64,000 bases of DNA, taken from Azolla caroliniana. Its lineage: Eukaryota > Plantae > Polypodiophyta. The notes below the pieces were generated by a model that worked only from the letters and a program-made list of their open reading frames with translations, was not told the DNA's origin and ran no database searches. The translations under genes were made by a program, and so were the position numbers. The number at the start of each line of letters is the position of its first letter. The stretch's first letter is position 1. The DNA lies in contig JBHGNT010000004.1 of assembly GCA_043228905.1 (NCBI GenBank), positions 19,468,001-19,532,000 on the forward strand, in the 5' to 3' direction. Below are positions 23,556-36,600 of this stretch, one piece after another.

Positions 23556-26065
23556 GCAAGGGATGTAAGTTCGATTTAATCAAGGTTGTTGCTTCATTGA
23601 AAAGGAGGGCCGACTCATCGCACGCGGACGAAGAGAGGGCCGGATATTCATTCTCGATTCACGTGAGATGAAATCCGCCATGTTCGCGAAAAACACGAAA
23701 CCCGACTCCGACATAGAGCTATGGCAAAATCGGCCACATCAATGTCAACAAACTCAAAGCAATGAAATCGAAAGGAGTCGTCATTGAACTCTCGACATTC
23801 AAAGAGAAGGATATTGAAGGTGTATGCGAAGCGTGCCAATTCGGCAAGCAACACCGACACCCATTCCCAAAAGAGCGGAACGTGAACAAATGTCTACTAG
23901 TCGTAGTCCATTCCGACGTATGGGGACCAACGCAGACGGCTACATTCGGCGGATGCCGATATTACATGCTCTTCATCGACGACTTCTCTAGGCACACTTG
24001 GATCTACCCAATGCGGCAAAAGAGCGAAGTGTTTGGACACTTCCAAAATTTCAAGAATGAAGTCGAGAAAGCCACGGGCCGACATGTACGATGCCTTCGA
24101 TCGGATGGCGGCAAGGAGTACTTCTCGGACGATTTCACGGCGTATCTTCGAAAGGAAGGAATTCGGCGAGAATTCACTTGTCGAAACACTCCGCAACAAA
24201 ACGGAGTAGCCGAGCGCAAAAATCGGCACATCCTCGAAGTAGCGCGGGCCATGATGAACGAGAAGCATATGCCCCAAGTCATATTGGGCCGAAGCTGCAA
24301 ATATGGCCGTCTACATAATGAACCGGTGCACAACATCCGGCGTGCACGAGGTCACTCCGCACGAAAAATACTTCGGAAAGAAGTTGGACTTATCGCACAT
24401 CCGGATATTCGGCGCAATAGCGTACGTGCACATCCCCGACGAGAAGCGTCAAAAGCTTGACCCGAAATCGGAGAAATGTATCCTCGTAGGATACTCACTC
24501 GAACAAAAGGGGTACAGGTGCTACAACCCCTCAACTCGAAAATCTCGAGTAAGTCGAGACGTCGTTTTTGACGAGTCCGCATCCTGGTACGCACCAGAGA
24601 CAACTTCGCCTCCGACTCCGCTTGACCCAGAATCTGCCGAACAAGAGATCGAGGATGAAGATCGCCCTACGCGCATGATCGAAGAAAGTCCAATCACTAC
24701 CCGACTGAGCGGACCACAAGAGCCTTTGAGCGTTCAAAGCACATCACGGCCTAGCCCGAAGATGAACAAAGGCAAGGCGAAAATGGTGGAATATGAAGAC
24801 GATCGCTTCGACGACGATGAATCGACTCACTCACTCGACAGTGAGTTCGGTGGTTTCGAGGTACCAATCGGAGCCAAGAAAGCCCTCATCTCTGCAAATG
24901 AAAAGCTCCGCCGATCCACTGGTGAAAAGAACCCCGTGAGCCGATTCAGCTACAACGATTATTTGGCGTACCATTACGCCTTTATGATGAAGGTAGCGAC
25001 AGTACGAGACCCGGAAACCTTTTCGGAAGCCGTGAAGGACCCGCGATGGATCGAAGCAATGAACGAGGAGATGCAGGCACTAAGGAAGAATGAGACGTGG
25101 GATCTCGTTCCCACCTCATCACACAAAAAGGCGATTGGATGCAGATGGATCTACGAGGTGAAGTATAACGTTGATGGCTCTGTAAACCGCTACAAAGCTC
25201 GACTCGTAGCGAAAGGATACGCTCAGACACATGGCGTCAACTACGAAGAGACCTTTGCCCTGGTGGCAAAGATGACAACAGTGCGGACCGTAATTGCGAT
25301 TGCCGCGGCGAAAGGGTGGCACCTCCATCAAATGGATGTCAAGAACGCCTTTCTACAAGGCGAATTAGAAGAGGAGGTGTACATGATCCAACCACCCGGC
25401 TTCAACTCGAGCACTCATCCAAAAGCCGTATGCCGACTCAAGAAGCCACTCTACGGCCTTAAGCAAGCACTGAGTGCTTGGCTTTCGAAGATAACGCAAT
25501 ATCTTCATCAAATCGGCTTCCATATGTCAAAATCGGACAACTCCCTCTACATACGAAGCGATTCCGTCAGTCCGATCGTCATCATCTTATATGTGGATGA
25601 CCTAGTCATTGGAGGTGAGCATCTCGTCGAAATCACTAAGGTCAAATCCCTCCTTTCCGACAAGTTCGAGCTGACGGACATGAAGGAGCTCCACTACTTC
25701 CTCGACATCGGCCGGAATCATGATCTCTCAACGGCACTACATCCTCAACTTGTTATACAAGTTCGGGATGGCTGAGTGCAAATCCGTGGTAACCCCGCTT
25801 GATCATAATCTCAAACTAGATGCGAACTCCGGCACCAAAGCGTGTGAGCCGACTCAGTATCGACAACTCATCGAGAGTCTCATCTACCTCACGATCACAA
25901 GACCCAATCTCAGTTATCTAGTCGGTTTCCTTAGCCAATTAATGCAAACACCGCGTGATACTCACTTGGATTGCGCTAAGAGAGTTCTATGCTACGTGAG
26001 TGGCACGATGGATTGTGGCATCCTCTACAAGACCGTGATGCCAATACGACTCGAGGGGTACACAG
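23556..26065 (+). pseudogene. Copia A integrase and RT segment
   Basis: CEACQFGKQHR, VHSDVWGP, LRSDGGKEY, YKARLVAKGY, QMDVKNAFL and LYVDDL; frameshifts present. Confidence 0.93.
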
Positions 26066-29000
26066 TGTCATGATATGGCAAGACTCGAACCCATGACCTT
26101 ATGGTATATGGGTCAAGCTCTTAACCATCACACCATCTATTGTAATTCATAAGATATTATTTTCATTTATGTTTTATTATAAGAAAGTAATGTATATTCC
26201 AAATTTCTCTGGAACATTCTAGAAGTTTTAGGATTACTCCTGACAACACTATAAAAGAAGGCACTAGGTATTATGTTGAACCAAATTGGTTCAACGCCAG
26301 TCTTAAGCCTCTCAGCCGCTTTGTACTTATCTTTTCACATAATATATTAGCTGCTGTCATCACTTCCTCTCTCGGGAATCTTACGCAGTCCCGTCCTCTT
26401 AGTACTAATAGTATTGCTCTTCTTAGTACTAATTCCATCTCTGCTTTAGTACTATTCCTGATAGTTTGAACCAATTTGTCCTTTCCTCCAGCCTACTTGT
26501 CGTTCTGCCTCCTCCTTCTACCCTTTTCCCTATACTATGGCTACTGTTAGCGCCCAAGAATATCAATCCGTTTTCTCCGAGTTACAGTGCCTAAAAGAAA
26601 AGTTTGTTGCCCTGGAACAAGAAAACCAATGGTTGATAGGGGATCTCCAACAAATCGCTCTCGAAAAACAACAAATGCAACAACAACATGGGGAGTTAGC
26701 ATTACAGGTACAACAACTCGAAGCAGCATTGCAACAACAAGGATCAAGTCCCCAAGGATTTCATAAAGAGCCAAAGATTGGACTTCCTGTCAAATTTGAT
26801 GGAACGCGATCACAATTCCGGGGATTCCTTAATCAGGTATGCTTAGTCATCCAGATGCATCCTTCCCGATATCCCACTGATGCATCTCGAGTCAGCCTAA
26901 TAGGCACGTTACTTAGCGGCTCAGCCTTGGCATGGTTCGCTCCACTTCTAGAAAAACAATCACCCTTGCTTAATAACTTTGAAGATTTTATTGGTGAGTT
27001 TAAAGCCTGCTTTGGAGATACCGACAACATCAGGACGACGATCAACAAGATCCGAAGATTGTGTCAAGGCAATCGTCCAGCCTCTGCCTACGCGGCGGAT
27101 TTCCGTCTACTCGCCTCAGATATTCCCTGGGATGATCAGGCCCTCATGGAGCAGTTTCGCTACGGCTTGCGCAATGATGTCAAAGATCTGCTTTTAACCT
27201 TCCCCGAAGAACCAAAGTCTCTTACGGAGGAAATTAGTAGAGCGGTCCGATGCGACAACCGCCTTTTTGAACGGCGTTCGGAGCGTCAGTTACAAATACC
27301 ACGCTCTCAGCCGGAACCCACATACGCCTCAGTCACGGCTAAACCGTTTGCACGCGATGTACCTCAAGCTAATATTCCGACACCGATGGAAATCGACACC
27401 ATGCGTCGACGCGGCCCGTTATCGGAAGAAGAAAAGCAACGATGACGTGCCAATCGATTATGCCTTTATTGCGGTGGACCAGGGCATATCGCCATCAATT
27501 GTCCCCATAGGCCAAGAAGACAGGTAAATCAAATCGTCGCCTGTACTAAACCCGAGTCAATTCTTCCCTGCGGAGTGTCTTATAGTATTAATAGTACTAA
27601 TAGAGTGTCAGATAGTATTCATAGTACTAATAGCCCAAGTATCTCACACAAATTTGAAATCCTTACTCAATTAGATGAAGAGTTAAACGATTGAGTCCAG
27701 CCAAAATAGGAGCCGTTTGGTTGGACAGCAACCCTAGATCTGTACAGCCCATTAGTGGTTCCATTCCTTCCAAGCAAGTTAGCAATGTATTCCTAGCCCA
27801 AGTCATTGTTAGTACTAAAAGTACTCTCCCAGTACCCGTCCTAGCACTCTTAGATTCCGGAGCTATTTCCTGTTTCATGGATCGAAATTTTGCCCAAGCT
27901 TCTCAGATATCCCTAAGAAAACTTCCTTGTCCCGCATCTGTAGTAGTCATTGATGGTCGTTCCATTGCTTCCGGGAATATTGTAGAAGAATAAGAACGCA
28001 TTCAAGTTGTCCTAGGTAGTTTTGTGTGTGTAATATCATTTAATATAATTAGTAGTCCCGAGCATCCCATTGTCCTAGGATTACCTTGGTTTCAATTACA
28101 TAATCCAGCCATAGATTGGAGAACAAGAGAAGTCCTATATCGACCACCCCAAGAATCTACTCACCGAGTTTCGACCATTTCACTCCATCAATTACGCGAA
28201 GAAGGACATAAGGAGGCAATGTTCCTATTTTCAATATCAGTACATCCTTCCAGCACTATTAAGAAGGACTCCTCAGTACAACTTTCGGCAAAATATCATC
28301 CTTATGCCGATGTATTTGACAAGGTAAAAGCCGGTACCCTTCCTCATCACTGTCCCTATGACTGTCCCATCGATTTACAACCAGGAACCGAGCCACCATG
28401 GGGACCAATTTACAACTTGTCACCCACCAAGTTAGAAGTTTATACAGGATTACTCGAAGATTATCTTACCCCTCACACAACTTACGAAGAAGGGCCAAGC
28501 ATTTATTTGGTCCATTGAAGCAGATATGGCTTTTCGGCATCTTAAGAAAGCCTTTACATCAGCACCAATTCTAGCTCATGTGGATACAAGAAAACCATTC
28601 ATCATGGAGGCCGATGCTTTAGATTTCTCCCCTGGTAGCATCCTTTCTCAACAAGGAGATAAAGAAGAGTTGCATCCGGTGGCTTTCCATTCGCACAAAT
28701 TCGATGTTGCGGAAATCAACTACGAAATACATGACAAGTAGTTATTAGCCATCGTGGATTCATTTGTGCAATGGCGGCATTTCTTAGAGGGCTCTCCACA
28801 TCAGGTTGTTGTCTTTAGTGATCATAAAAATCTTGCTTATTTCCAGAACGCTCGCGTACTAAATCACTGCCAAGCTCGGTGGGCGCAATTCCTCACGCGT
28901 TTCGACTTCAAAATCACATATCGACCGGGGAAGCAGCAAGGAAAAGCAGATGCACTATCACGACGTTCATATCTTGCACCTCGTCCTGGTGAGCCAACAT

Positions 29001-30989
29001 TTGATAATCAAAAGCAAGTAATCTTGGGACCAACATGATTGCACACGACGCGGATTTTTCACACCCCGATGGATTCACGGATTACCGATGACATATGTGC
29101 AAACTTGAAGACGGATAGTTTTGCTCAAGACATCCTCGCGCACATTGATACTTCTCGGGCATCCTGTTCTCAGTCTCAAAAACCAAGTATTGTCTACCGA
29201 CAATTTGAATATCATGATGGTTTGTTATTCTTTAAAAAGCGCGTATATGTCCCCGATTGCTCCTGTCGCCTTCAAATCGTCCAGCATTGTCACGACACCC
29301 ATACGGCGGGAAATTTCGGTAGTTTTAAGACGTTGAAGTTAGTGCAGCGATCTTTTTGGTGGCCCCACATGCGCCATTTTGTCGACAACTACGTTTGGAC
29401 CTGTGATGCTTGCTGCCGAGCAAAGATGCCACGACACCATCCATATGGCTTGTTGGAACCCTTACCGATTCCAAGTAAGCCGTGGCAGTCTATTTGTCTT
29501 GATTTTATCACAGATCTGCCGGTCTCGCAGGGGTTCGATGCTATCTTAACCGTCGTCGATCGATATACGAAGATGGCACATTTTGTTCCGTGTACTAAGG
29601 TCATCACTAGCGAGGAAACCACCGCCCTAATCATGCGTGAGGTATTTCGGCATCATGGCCTCCCAGACAGTATCATTAGTGACCGAGGACCGCAATTTGT
29701 CTCCAAGTTTTGGCAGCATCTCTTCAAGATGCTCAAGGTCTCTTGCAACCTCTCCTTCGGCTACCATCCTCAGACCGATGGGCAGGCAGAACGAACAAAC
29801 CAAACGTTGGAGCAATATCTCCGGTGTTTCCTGAGTTATCAACAGGACGATTGGGCCGAGATTCTCCACTTTACGGAGTTTGCGTATAATAATGTTGTTC
29901 ACTCCTCGACTCGAGTCTCCCCATTCTACGCTTATACCGGTTCTCATCCTCGCTGGTCGGTGATCGACACCCCGGAGCTACCTACCAATCCTCGTGCCGG
30001 GGATCATTTGGAGAGACTACGTAAGATTCAGACAAATCTCTCGACTCATCTTCGTCATGCTCAACAGACACAGAAGACTTACGCGGATCGTCATCGACTT
30101 CCCTCGTCTTTTGCCATCAGAGATCGAGTATGGCTCTTACGTCGTCACATCAAGACTACTTGACCGTGCGACAAGTTGGATTATCGACGACTAGGTCCTT
30201 TCCGTATTTCGGGTAAAGTTAATGATGTCACATTCCGCCTTGATCTCCCTCCGCAACTTCAGATACACCCGGTTTTCCATTGTTCTCTTCTTGAACCTTA
30301 TAAAGCAAACACCATTCCCGATCGTGTTATACCACCGCCGCCCCCGCTGGAGTTGGATGTCGGCCCGGAGTATAAAGTTGCTGCCATCCTCGATTCCAAA
30401 GTTATTTGCAACAAACTTTATTATTTGGTCAATTGGGTTGGTTATAGTCCGAGCGAACGCACTTGGGAACCTGTCGAGCATGTTGCCAATGCTCAAGATC
30501 TGCTTGGTGATTTCCACCGAAAGTATCTGGACAAACCCAGTCCGCAATTAGCGCCGACTCGTTCCACTCGTCGTCTTTAAGGGGGAGATAGTGTCATGAT
30601 ATGGCAAGACTCGAACCCATGACCTTATGGTATATGGGTCGAGCTCTTAACCATCATACCATCTATTGTAATTCATAGGATATTATTTTCATTTATGTTT
30701 TATTATAAGAAAGTAATGTATATTCCGAATTTCTCTGGAACATTCTAGAAGTTTCAGGATTACTCCTGACAACACTATAAAAGAAGGCACTAGGCATTAT
30801 GTTGAACCAAATTGGTTCAACGCTAGTCTTAAGCCTCTCAGCCGCTTTGTACTTATATTTTCACATAATATATTAGCTGCTGTCATCACTTCCACTCTCG
30901 GGAATCTTATGCAGTCCCGTCCTCTTAGTACTAATAGTACTGCTCTTCTTAGTACTAATTCCATATCTACTTTAGTACTATTCTTGACA
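26066..30989 (+). mobile_element. Chromovirus D (Tcn1-like) with the RT core deleted
   Basis: 398-bp LTRs at 26066-26463 and 30592-30989, TSD CACAG (26061-26065 and 30990-30994), PPT AAGGGGGAGATAG. Confidence 0.96.
26537..30580 (+). pseudogene. Chromovirus D gag-pol remnant (gag, PR, RNase H, IN, chromodomain)
   Basis: Homologous to element C; multiple stops; jumps from the RT N-terminus to the RT end near 28440. Confidence 0.9.
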
Positions 30990-31486
30990 CACAGACGCCC
31001 ATTGGGCCGGCTACAAAGCTAATAGAAGATCCACCTCCGGATTTGTTTTCTCCCTCGGCAGCGGAGCAATATCCTGGAGTAGCAAGAAACAGCCCACCAT
31101 CGCTCTTTCTAGTACGGAGGCAGAATATAGGGGCGCAGCCGTAGCTGCGTGTGACGCCGTATGGCTCAAGAGGATTTTGAAGGATTTGGGCTTACCCATC
31201 AAGGATCCGACTTCCCTTTACTGCGACAACATGAGCAATATCTATCTGGCTCGGAACCCGGCGTTCCACGCGCGGAGAAAGCACATCGAAGTGCACTATC
31301 ACTTCATCCGAGAGCGCGTTCTGGCTGGCGATGTCGACCTACAACACATTAGCACCAATCTTCAAACAACCGACATCTTCACTAAAGCCTTAGGAGCCGA
31401 CAAGCTATGGCAATTCATAACCGATCTCGGATTGACAATCCCTAACCTGCCAAACTTGAGGGGGAGTATTGAAGACACTACGCAAT
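30990..31486 (+). pseudogene. Copia A RNase H segment
   Basis: [23 protein letters not shown] and [16 protein letters not shown]. Confidence 0.92.
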
Positions 31487-31751
31487 AATGCGTGGATTCC
31501 GCAACCACGCAACGAAGAAGTGAAGAGCCGATCTACTGCGCAAAGCTGCGAAGAAAGATGCAAGCCGAAGCACAGACTTCGCAACTACGCACGCAAGCCG
31601 AAGCACAGACTTCACACAACGCAAGCTGGAGCACAGATTCTGCAACTCTGCATAAAGCGAGCCGACGCGAGTCGATGTGGACTCCGGAACGCGAGTTGAA
31701 GCGGATTTCGGATACCGTATGAAACCGACCCGAGTTGAGCTTGAGGGGGCA

Positions 31752-32133
31752 TGTTGAGAATCAAGCTCAACTTGGTCTAGTGTGTGAACTCACCTTGAGA
31801 GTGAAGAGACACTCCAACGGTCAAGAGTCACCATTATGTCACCACTGTGTATTCTAGCATTTAGTATGAGTCATAGAATCATATTCTATGACACATAACT
31901 TATGAGCTTTCACATTCCCCATGCTCCATGAGGCTTGTAGTTAATGAAGAGAGAGGGTGACTACATAAAGCACCCCCCTCCCACCTTGTATAATGTTGAG
32001 TCTTTCTCCTTTGTCAATATACTTTTACCTTGCGTATTCTCTGTGTTTTCACTCTCTCTCTCTCTCCCTCTTACACACACACGTAACTCACATCTCTTCC
32101 GCTTCAGAAGAATCCATCTCTTGATTCTTTCCA
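31752..32133 (+). repeat. Copia A 3' LTR
   Basis: Matches 4577-4958 and is preceded by the PPT. Confidence 0.95.
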
Positions 32134-32313
32134 TACACAATCTATATGACATATGAGGCAAGTCTCGATAAAGACATGGACAAATTCATGTGCACATTCT
32201 ATATAAGATAGGAGCCAAGATGGCACTCGTGACAAGATTGTGGTATGTGGAAAATGAAAACGAATGACATGCCAACTTCATGCACTACCAAATTCTATAT
32301 TTCGGGGTCCTAC
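32134..32313 (-). repeat. tRNA-His satellite fragment (spacer portion)
   Basis: tacacaatctatatgacatatgagg...ttcggggtcctac matches about 3388-3566. Confidence 0.9.
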
Positions 32314-33363
32314 GTGAGTTTGAAGAAGTGTATGGCTCTTCAAAAGTCGAGACTCATTAGGTAATGTGATGCAATTGCATACATTTTAATATTTCAATCT
32401 TGTATTGGAGCTAACATTGGGATTTATTATTTGCAATTGTAGTATATTAAATTTGACATTTTAGCGTATTACCTCCTTGTCATTAGTGTCTATAATAATA
32501 TATCCTAAATGGTCGCATACTTCATAACATCACTTAAGAGGCTTTTGCTCTTATTATATTTTTGTACCATGCACCCTATGTTCAAATTTGTTTGGGAATT
32601 CTGTGATGAGGCATATTCTTGACCTTTGTGCATATACTTGTATACTCTTTGCATGGGTAACACCTCTATGGGTTGACACCGATTTCTAATAGCATGATAG
32701 GGTAGGCTATTGAGGATTTTACCCCCAATTGTCCATGTAAGAGCAATCTTTGGATTTTAGCTATTTCATTCCGTGCACCAAGTAAGGTAGTGCCACCCTA
32801 CACTTCCACTCCTTAAGCAACATGTGCAACACCATATCATTGAATAACATCAATCTCTTTTTCTGCATTTATTCTCAAACATATAATATCTATTCCAATT
32901 TGCTTAAAGTCACATATTCTACGCTTATATTTTTGGAACTACAATGAACACCCATTGAATGTGGTCATCAAAATAAATAAGGTAACCAATAATGAGATAC
33001 TATACTTATTCTTGAAACTTGGGAACATGATACTCAAATTATTATTATTATTAGTAGTATTTTTTCTAAAAAAAACTCCTTCCATAAGTTATAAAATATT
33101 GTGGGATCGCGTGGTAAACCAAAAGGCCAAACCCCTCACCTAACCCAAGTAACCATAACCAGGGTTAGGAGCTACCTTAGTTTCATTAGGGGTTAGTGAA
33201 AGGTAACAGAAGGTATCTTGGAATGTACTAAGAGACTCTATAAAAGTGGCCCAAAACATGGAAAGCATTAGAAATGCGAACATTATTGGAGGGCATCGCA
33301 AGAACATGGTTCATATAGCAAATAGAGGAGGCCAAGAACCATTGGCCGATACTTAAATCCCTC

Positions 33364-33564
33364 ATGATTGGAAATTGCACTCACCATGACTCAACTCCGA
33401 CGGCCCTACACGAACTAGAGACAATCAAACAACAACAACATGAGCCAATAACACAATTTGTAGTATGGTTACAACAATTACTTACCCACACAAATCCAGT
33501 AATGCCAGAATCAATGCAGCCATTTTTCTTATGGCCACAGCTACACCCGGATATATATTGTTGA
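33364..33564 (+). pseudogene. Possible old Ty3 gag remnant
   Basis: LHELETIKQQQHEPITQFVVWLQQL resembles the retrotransposon gag major homology region; it may belong with the RT remnant at 39904. Confidence 0.4.
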
Positions 33565-33635
33565 CTACACGACCAAGGCCCCAAGATATAGGATACACAG
33601 TCGGATATAGGATATAGGATACGGATATACCCCAA

Positions 33636-36600
33636 GAGCTTAATGTATGCAATGGTGTGAACCTGACCGGATATAGGATACGCAGTCGGAGTGGTGAGCC
33701 GGTTTATGAGCAATCCCGGCAAGGAGCACTAGAACGTGGTCGAATGGATACTCCGGTACTTGAAGGGCACTTCAAATATGTGTCTTCGATTCGGCTCTGG
33801 AAAACCTCAACTTGACGGTTTTACCCATTCGGACATGTCAGCTGATCTGGATACCAGCCGGTCTACATCCGGGCATGTAATGACATATGCAAGGGGAGCT
33901 ATTTTGTGGCAGTCAAGGCTACAAAAGATGGTTGCGTTGTCAACCACGGAGGCGGAGTACATGGCGGCCGTGGAAGCCGGCAAGGAAATATTATGGATGA
34001 AGGACTTCATCGGAGAGCTCGGTATCCGGCAAGATGAATACCGGCTCTATTGCGACAGTCAAAGTGCCATCCACCTTACTAAGAATGCGGCCTACCATTC
34101 CCAGACGAAGCATATCCAGCGAAGGTATCATTGGATCCGGGAAAGAGTAAATGACCAGGAGTTCGCGCTGACCAAGATGCACACGGCCGAGAATGGGTCA
34201 GATATGCTGACCAAAGTACTGATACCCGACAAGCTGGATGCATGTCAGAAGTGGATCGGGCTAGTGAGACATCCCATGCCGGAGTGAAGGGGGAGTTTGT
34301 TAGGAAACAGGTCCCTCCGTATGGGAAGTGAGAAGAACAGTGTTGATGAGCAAACCAGATGTGGTGTACCCGGCTACGGAAAACCCTGTAAGAACCGGAT
34401 GACAAGCACCCGGCTACGGAAGACCCGGTGAGAACTGGATGACAAGCACCCGGCAACGGAAGACCCGGTGAGAACCGGATGAGGTGTACCCGGCAAGCGC
34501 CAGATGATGAGTACCCGGCTACGGAGGACCCGGTGAGAACCGGATGACGAGTACCCAGCAAGAGCCGGATGATGAAGACCCGGTGAGAAGTGCTCACTGG
34601 ATGAAGGGACATATTCCTAAATATGTTTCTGAGAGTCCATCGGGACTATATTTGTAAATAGCGGAAAAGTCATATTAGTATAAATATGACTTAGGGCAAA
34701 CTGATTAAGGGGGTGGTTGTCATTCTTGTTGGTGCAAGATTAGAGCGCATAACTGTGTACGGAGAGAGAGAGAGAGAGAGAGGAAGAGGTCACTGCCTTT
34801 GTTGTAACCGCCGCCTGTGGCGAAGACAATGAACAAGAGGTCGTTGCCTCTTTGTTCATCCATTGTATATTGTTACATAGTGATAGTTAGCAGTCAGTGG
34901 ACTGCCGTGGTTTTTCCCATGTTTGGGTTTTCCACGTAAACATCCTGTGTACTCTTCTCTCCTTTGCGCTGTGCATTCATTCCCCGTTTTTCTGTGTTTT
35001 ATGATTCTAAGCTCGGTTGTGGCAGAGCGTTGTTCATCAGAGCATGTAGTTCCTATCAAAGTGGTATTAGAGCGAAATCGACACAGAAAATGGACGATTC
35101 GTTGGGAGGCATGTTCAAGCTCACCAGCTCCAACTATTCAGTGTGGAAGTCGAAGATGAGGGACATGCTCGTGGTTAAAGATCTTTGGTTGCCGGTTCAA
35201 TTCGGGGACAAGAGACCGAACAAAATCGACGCCACGATATGGGAGGTGATGCACATGAAGACAATGGCTTACATACGGTGCTTCATCGACATGAGCCTAG
35301 ACAACAACTTCAATGAAGAGAGCAAGGCTCATGAGCTCTAGGAGAAGATTGGCATTATGTTTCAGAACAAAAATGTTGTTAACCAGGTTTCGGTATTCTG
35401 GAAGCTAGTAAGACTCTGGTACCAAGATGGCTCCAGCATGGCGGAGCACATGAATGCCTTCTAGGGGTTGATCGACCATGCGACATCATTGGAAGTACCT
35501 CTCGCCGATGAGGTACTAGCGCTACTCCTACTCGGTTCTCTCCCGAATAGCTGGGAGATGTTGGTTGTCACCTTGGGCAACACCGGGCCGGAAGGGAAAT
35601 GGTTATCCCTAGCAAGAGTGAAGTCGAGCTTGCTAGATGAGGAGGCGCGTCGGAAAGATAAGGATACGAGCTCTGACTCCAAAGCGCTCCTTACCGAATC
35701 GGAATGCGGAAGACATAGGAACCGTAGTCCCAAGAACCGGGAGAAGTCGGGGACATGGTCAAAGTCAAGGGGGAGGCCTACTTGCTTCTGTTGCGGCAAG
35801 CAGGGACACTTCTAGAAGAACTGTCGGCATTTCCGAAAAGACAAAGAAACCGACGGTACCAATTCGAAGCAGACCCCAGACGGGAACGGTAAAGACCGGA
35901 GGTGGCCGGACCGGAAGGGAGTGACGGCAATCGCGGCAAGTGAAGAAGAGTTGATGCTCATCACCGAGGAGAGTGAGATAAATCTTGCCGGTGACGAGAT
36001 GACCTGGGTGGTCGATTCCGTAGCGTCGTTCCACCTTACCCCGGACTGGAAATGCTTGTCATTGTACTCAACCGGTGATCACGGTTGTGTCGGGATGGGG
36101 AATGAAGGTACATGCTGAATTGTCGGCATAGGCGACGTGTGGCTGACAACACCAACCAGATACAAGATGCTGTCAAAGGATGTCCGACACGTTCCAGAGG
36201 TTCGTCTAAACGTGATATCAACCGGTCGGCTAGATGATGAAGGCTACACGGGTAGCATCCGGAACGGTGTTATGAAGTTCAGCAAAGGGAGCCTGATTGG
36301 TGCTCAGGCCCGGAAGGTAAACACGTTGTACCTGATGAATGCCCGGTTATGTCCGGAGGAAGTGAACGTGGCATCCGACACTGCCGGTGAGTTGTGGCAC
36401 AAAAGGCTGTGTCACATGAGCGAGAAGGGGATGAAGAGGCTTGCAGACGACAACCTCATTCCAGTGAAGAACGTGCAATTGGAGAAGTGCACTGATTGTT
36501 TGGCCGGTAAGCAAAACCGGACCTCCTTCCGACCAAGGCCACCGATGAGACGTAATGCACCACTGGAGTTGGTGCATACTGATGTGTGTCAAGTGGACAC

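Larger units (their letters stand above)
4577..32133 (+). mobile_element. Ty1/copia LTR retrotransposon A (host of nested elements B, C/E and D)
   Basis: 382-bp LTRs at 4577-4958 and 31752-32133 (about 5 differences by eye), tRNA-iMet PBS at 4959-4970, PPT GAGGGGGCA before 31752, domain order gag-PR-IN-RT-RH. Confidence 0.95.

Noticed and set aside
32314-33100. AT-rich unique stretch as a possible host gene or LINE fragment
   Set aside because: No convincing ORF, splice pattern or motif visible by eye; left unannotated
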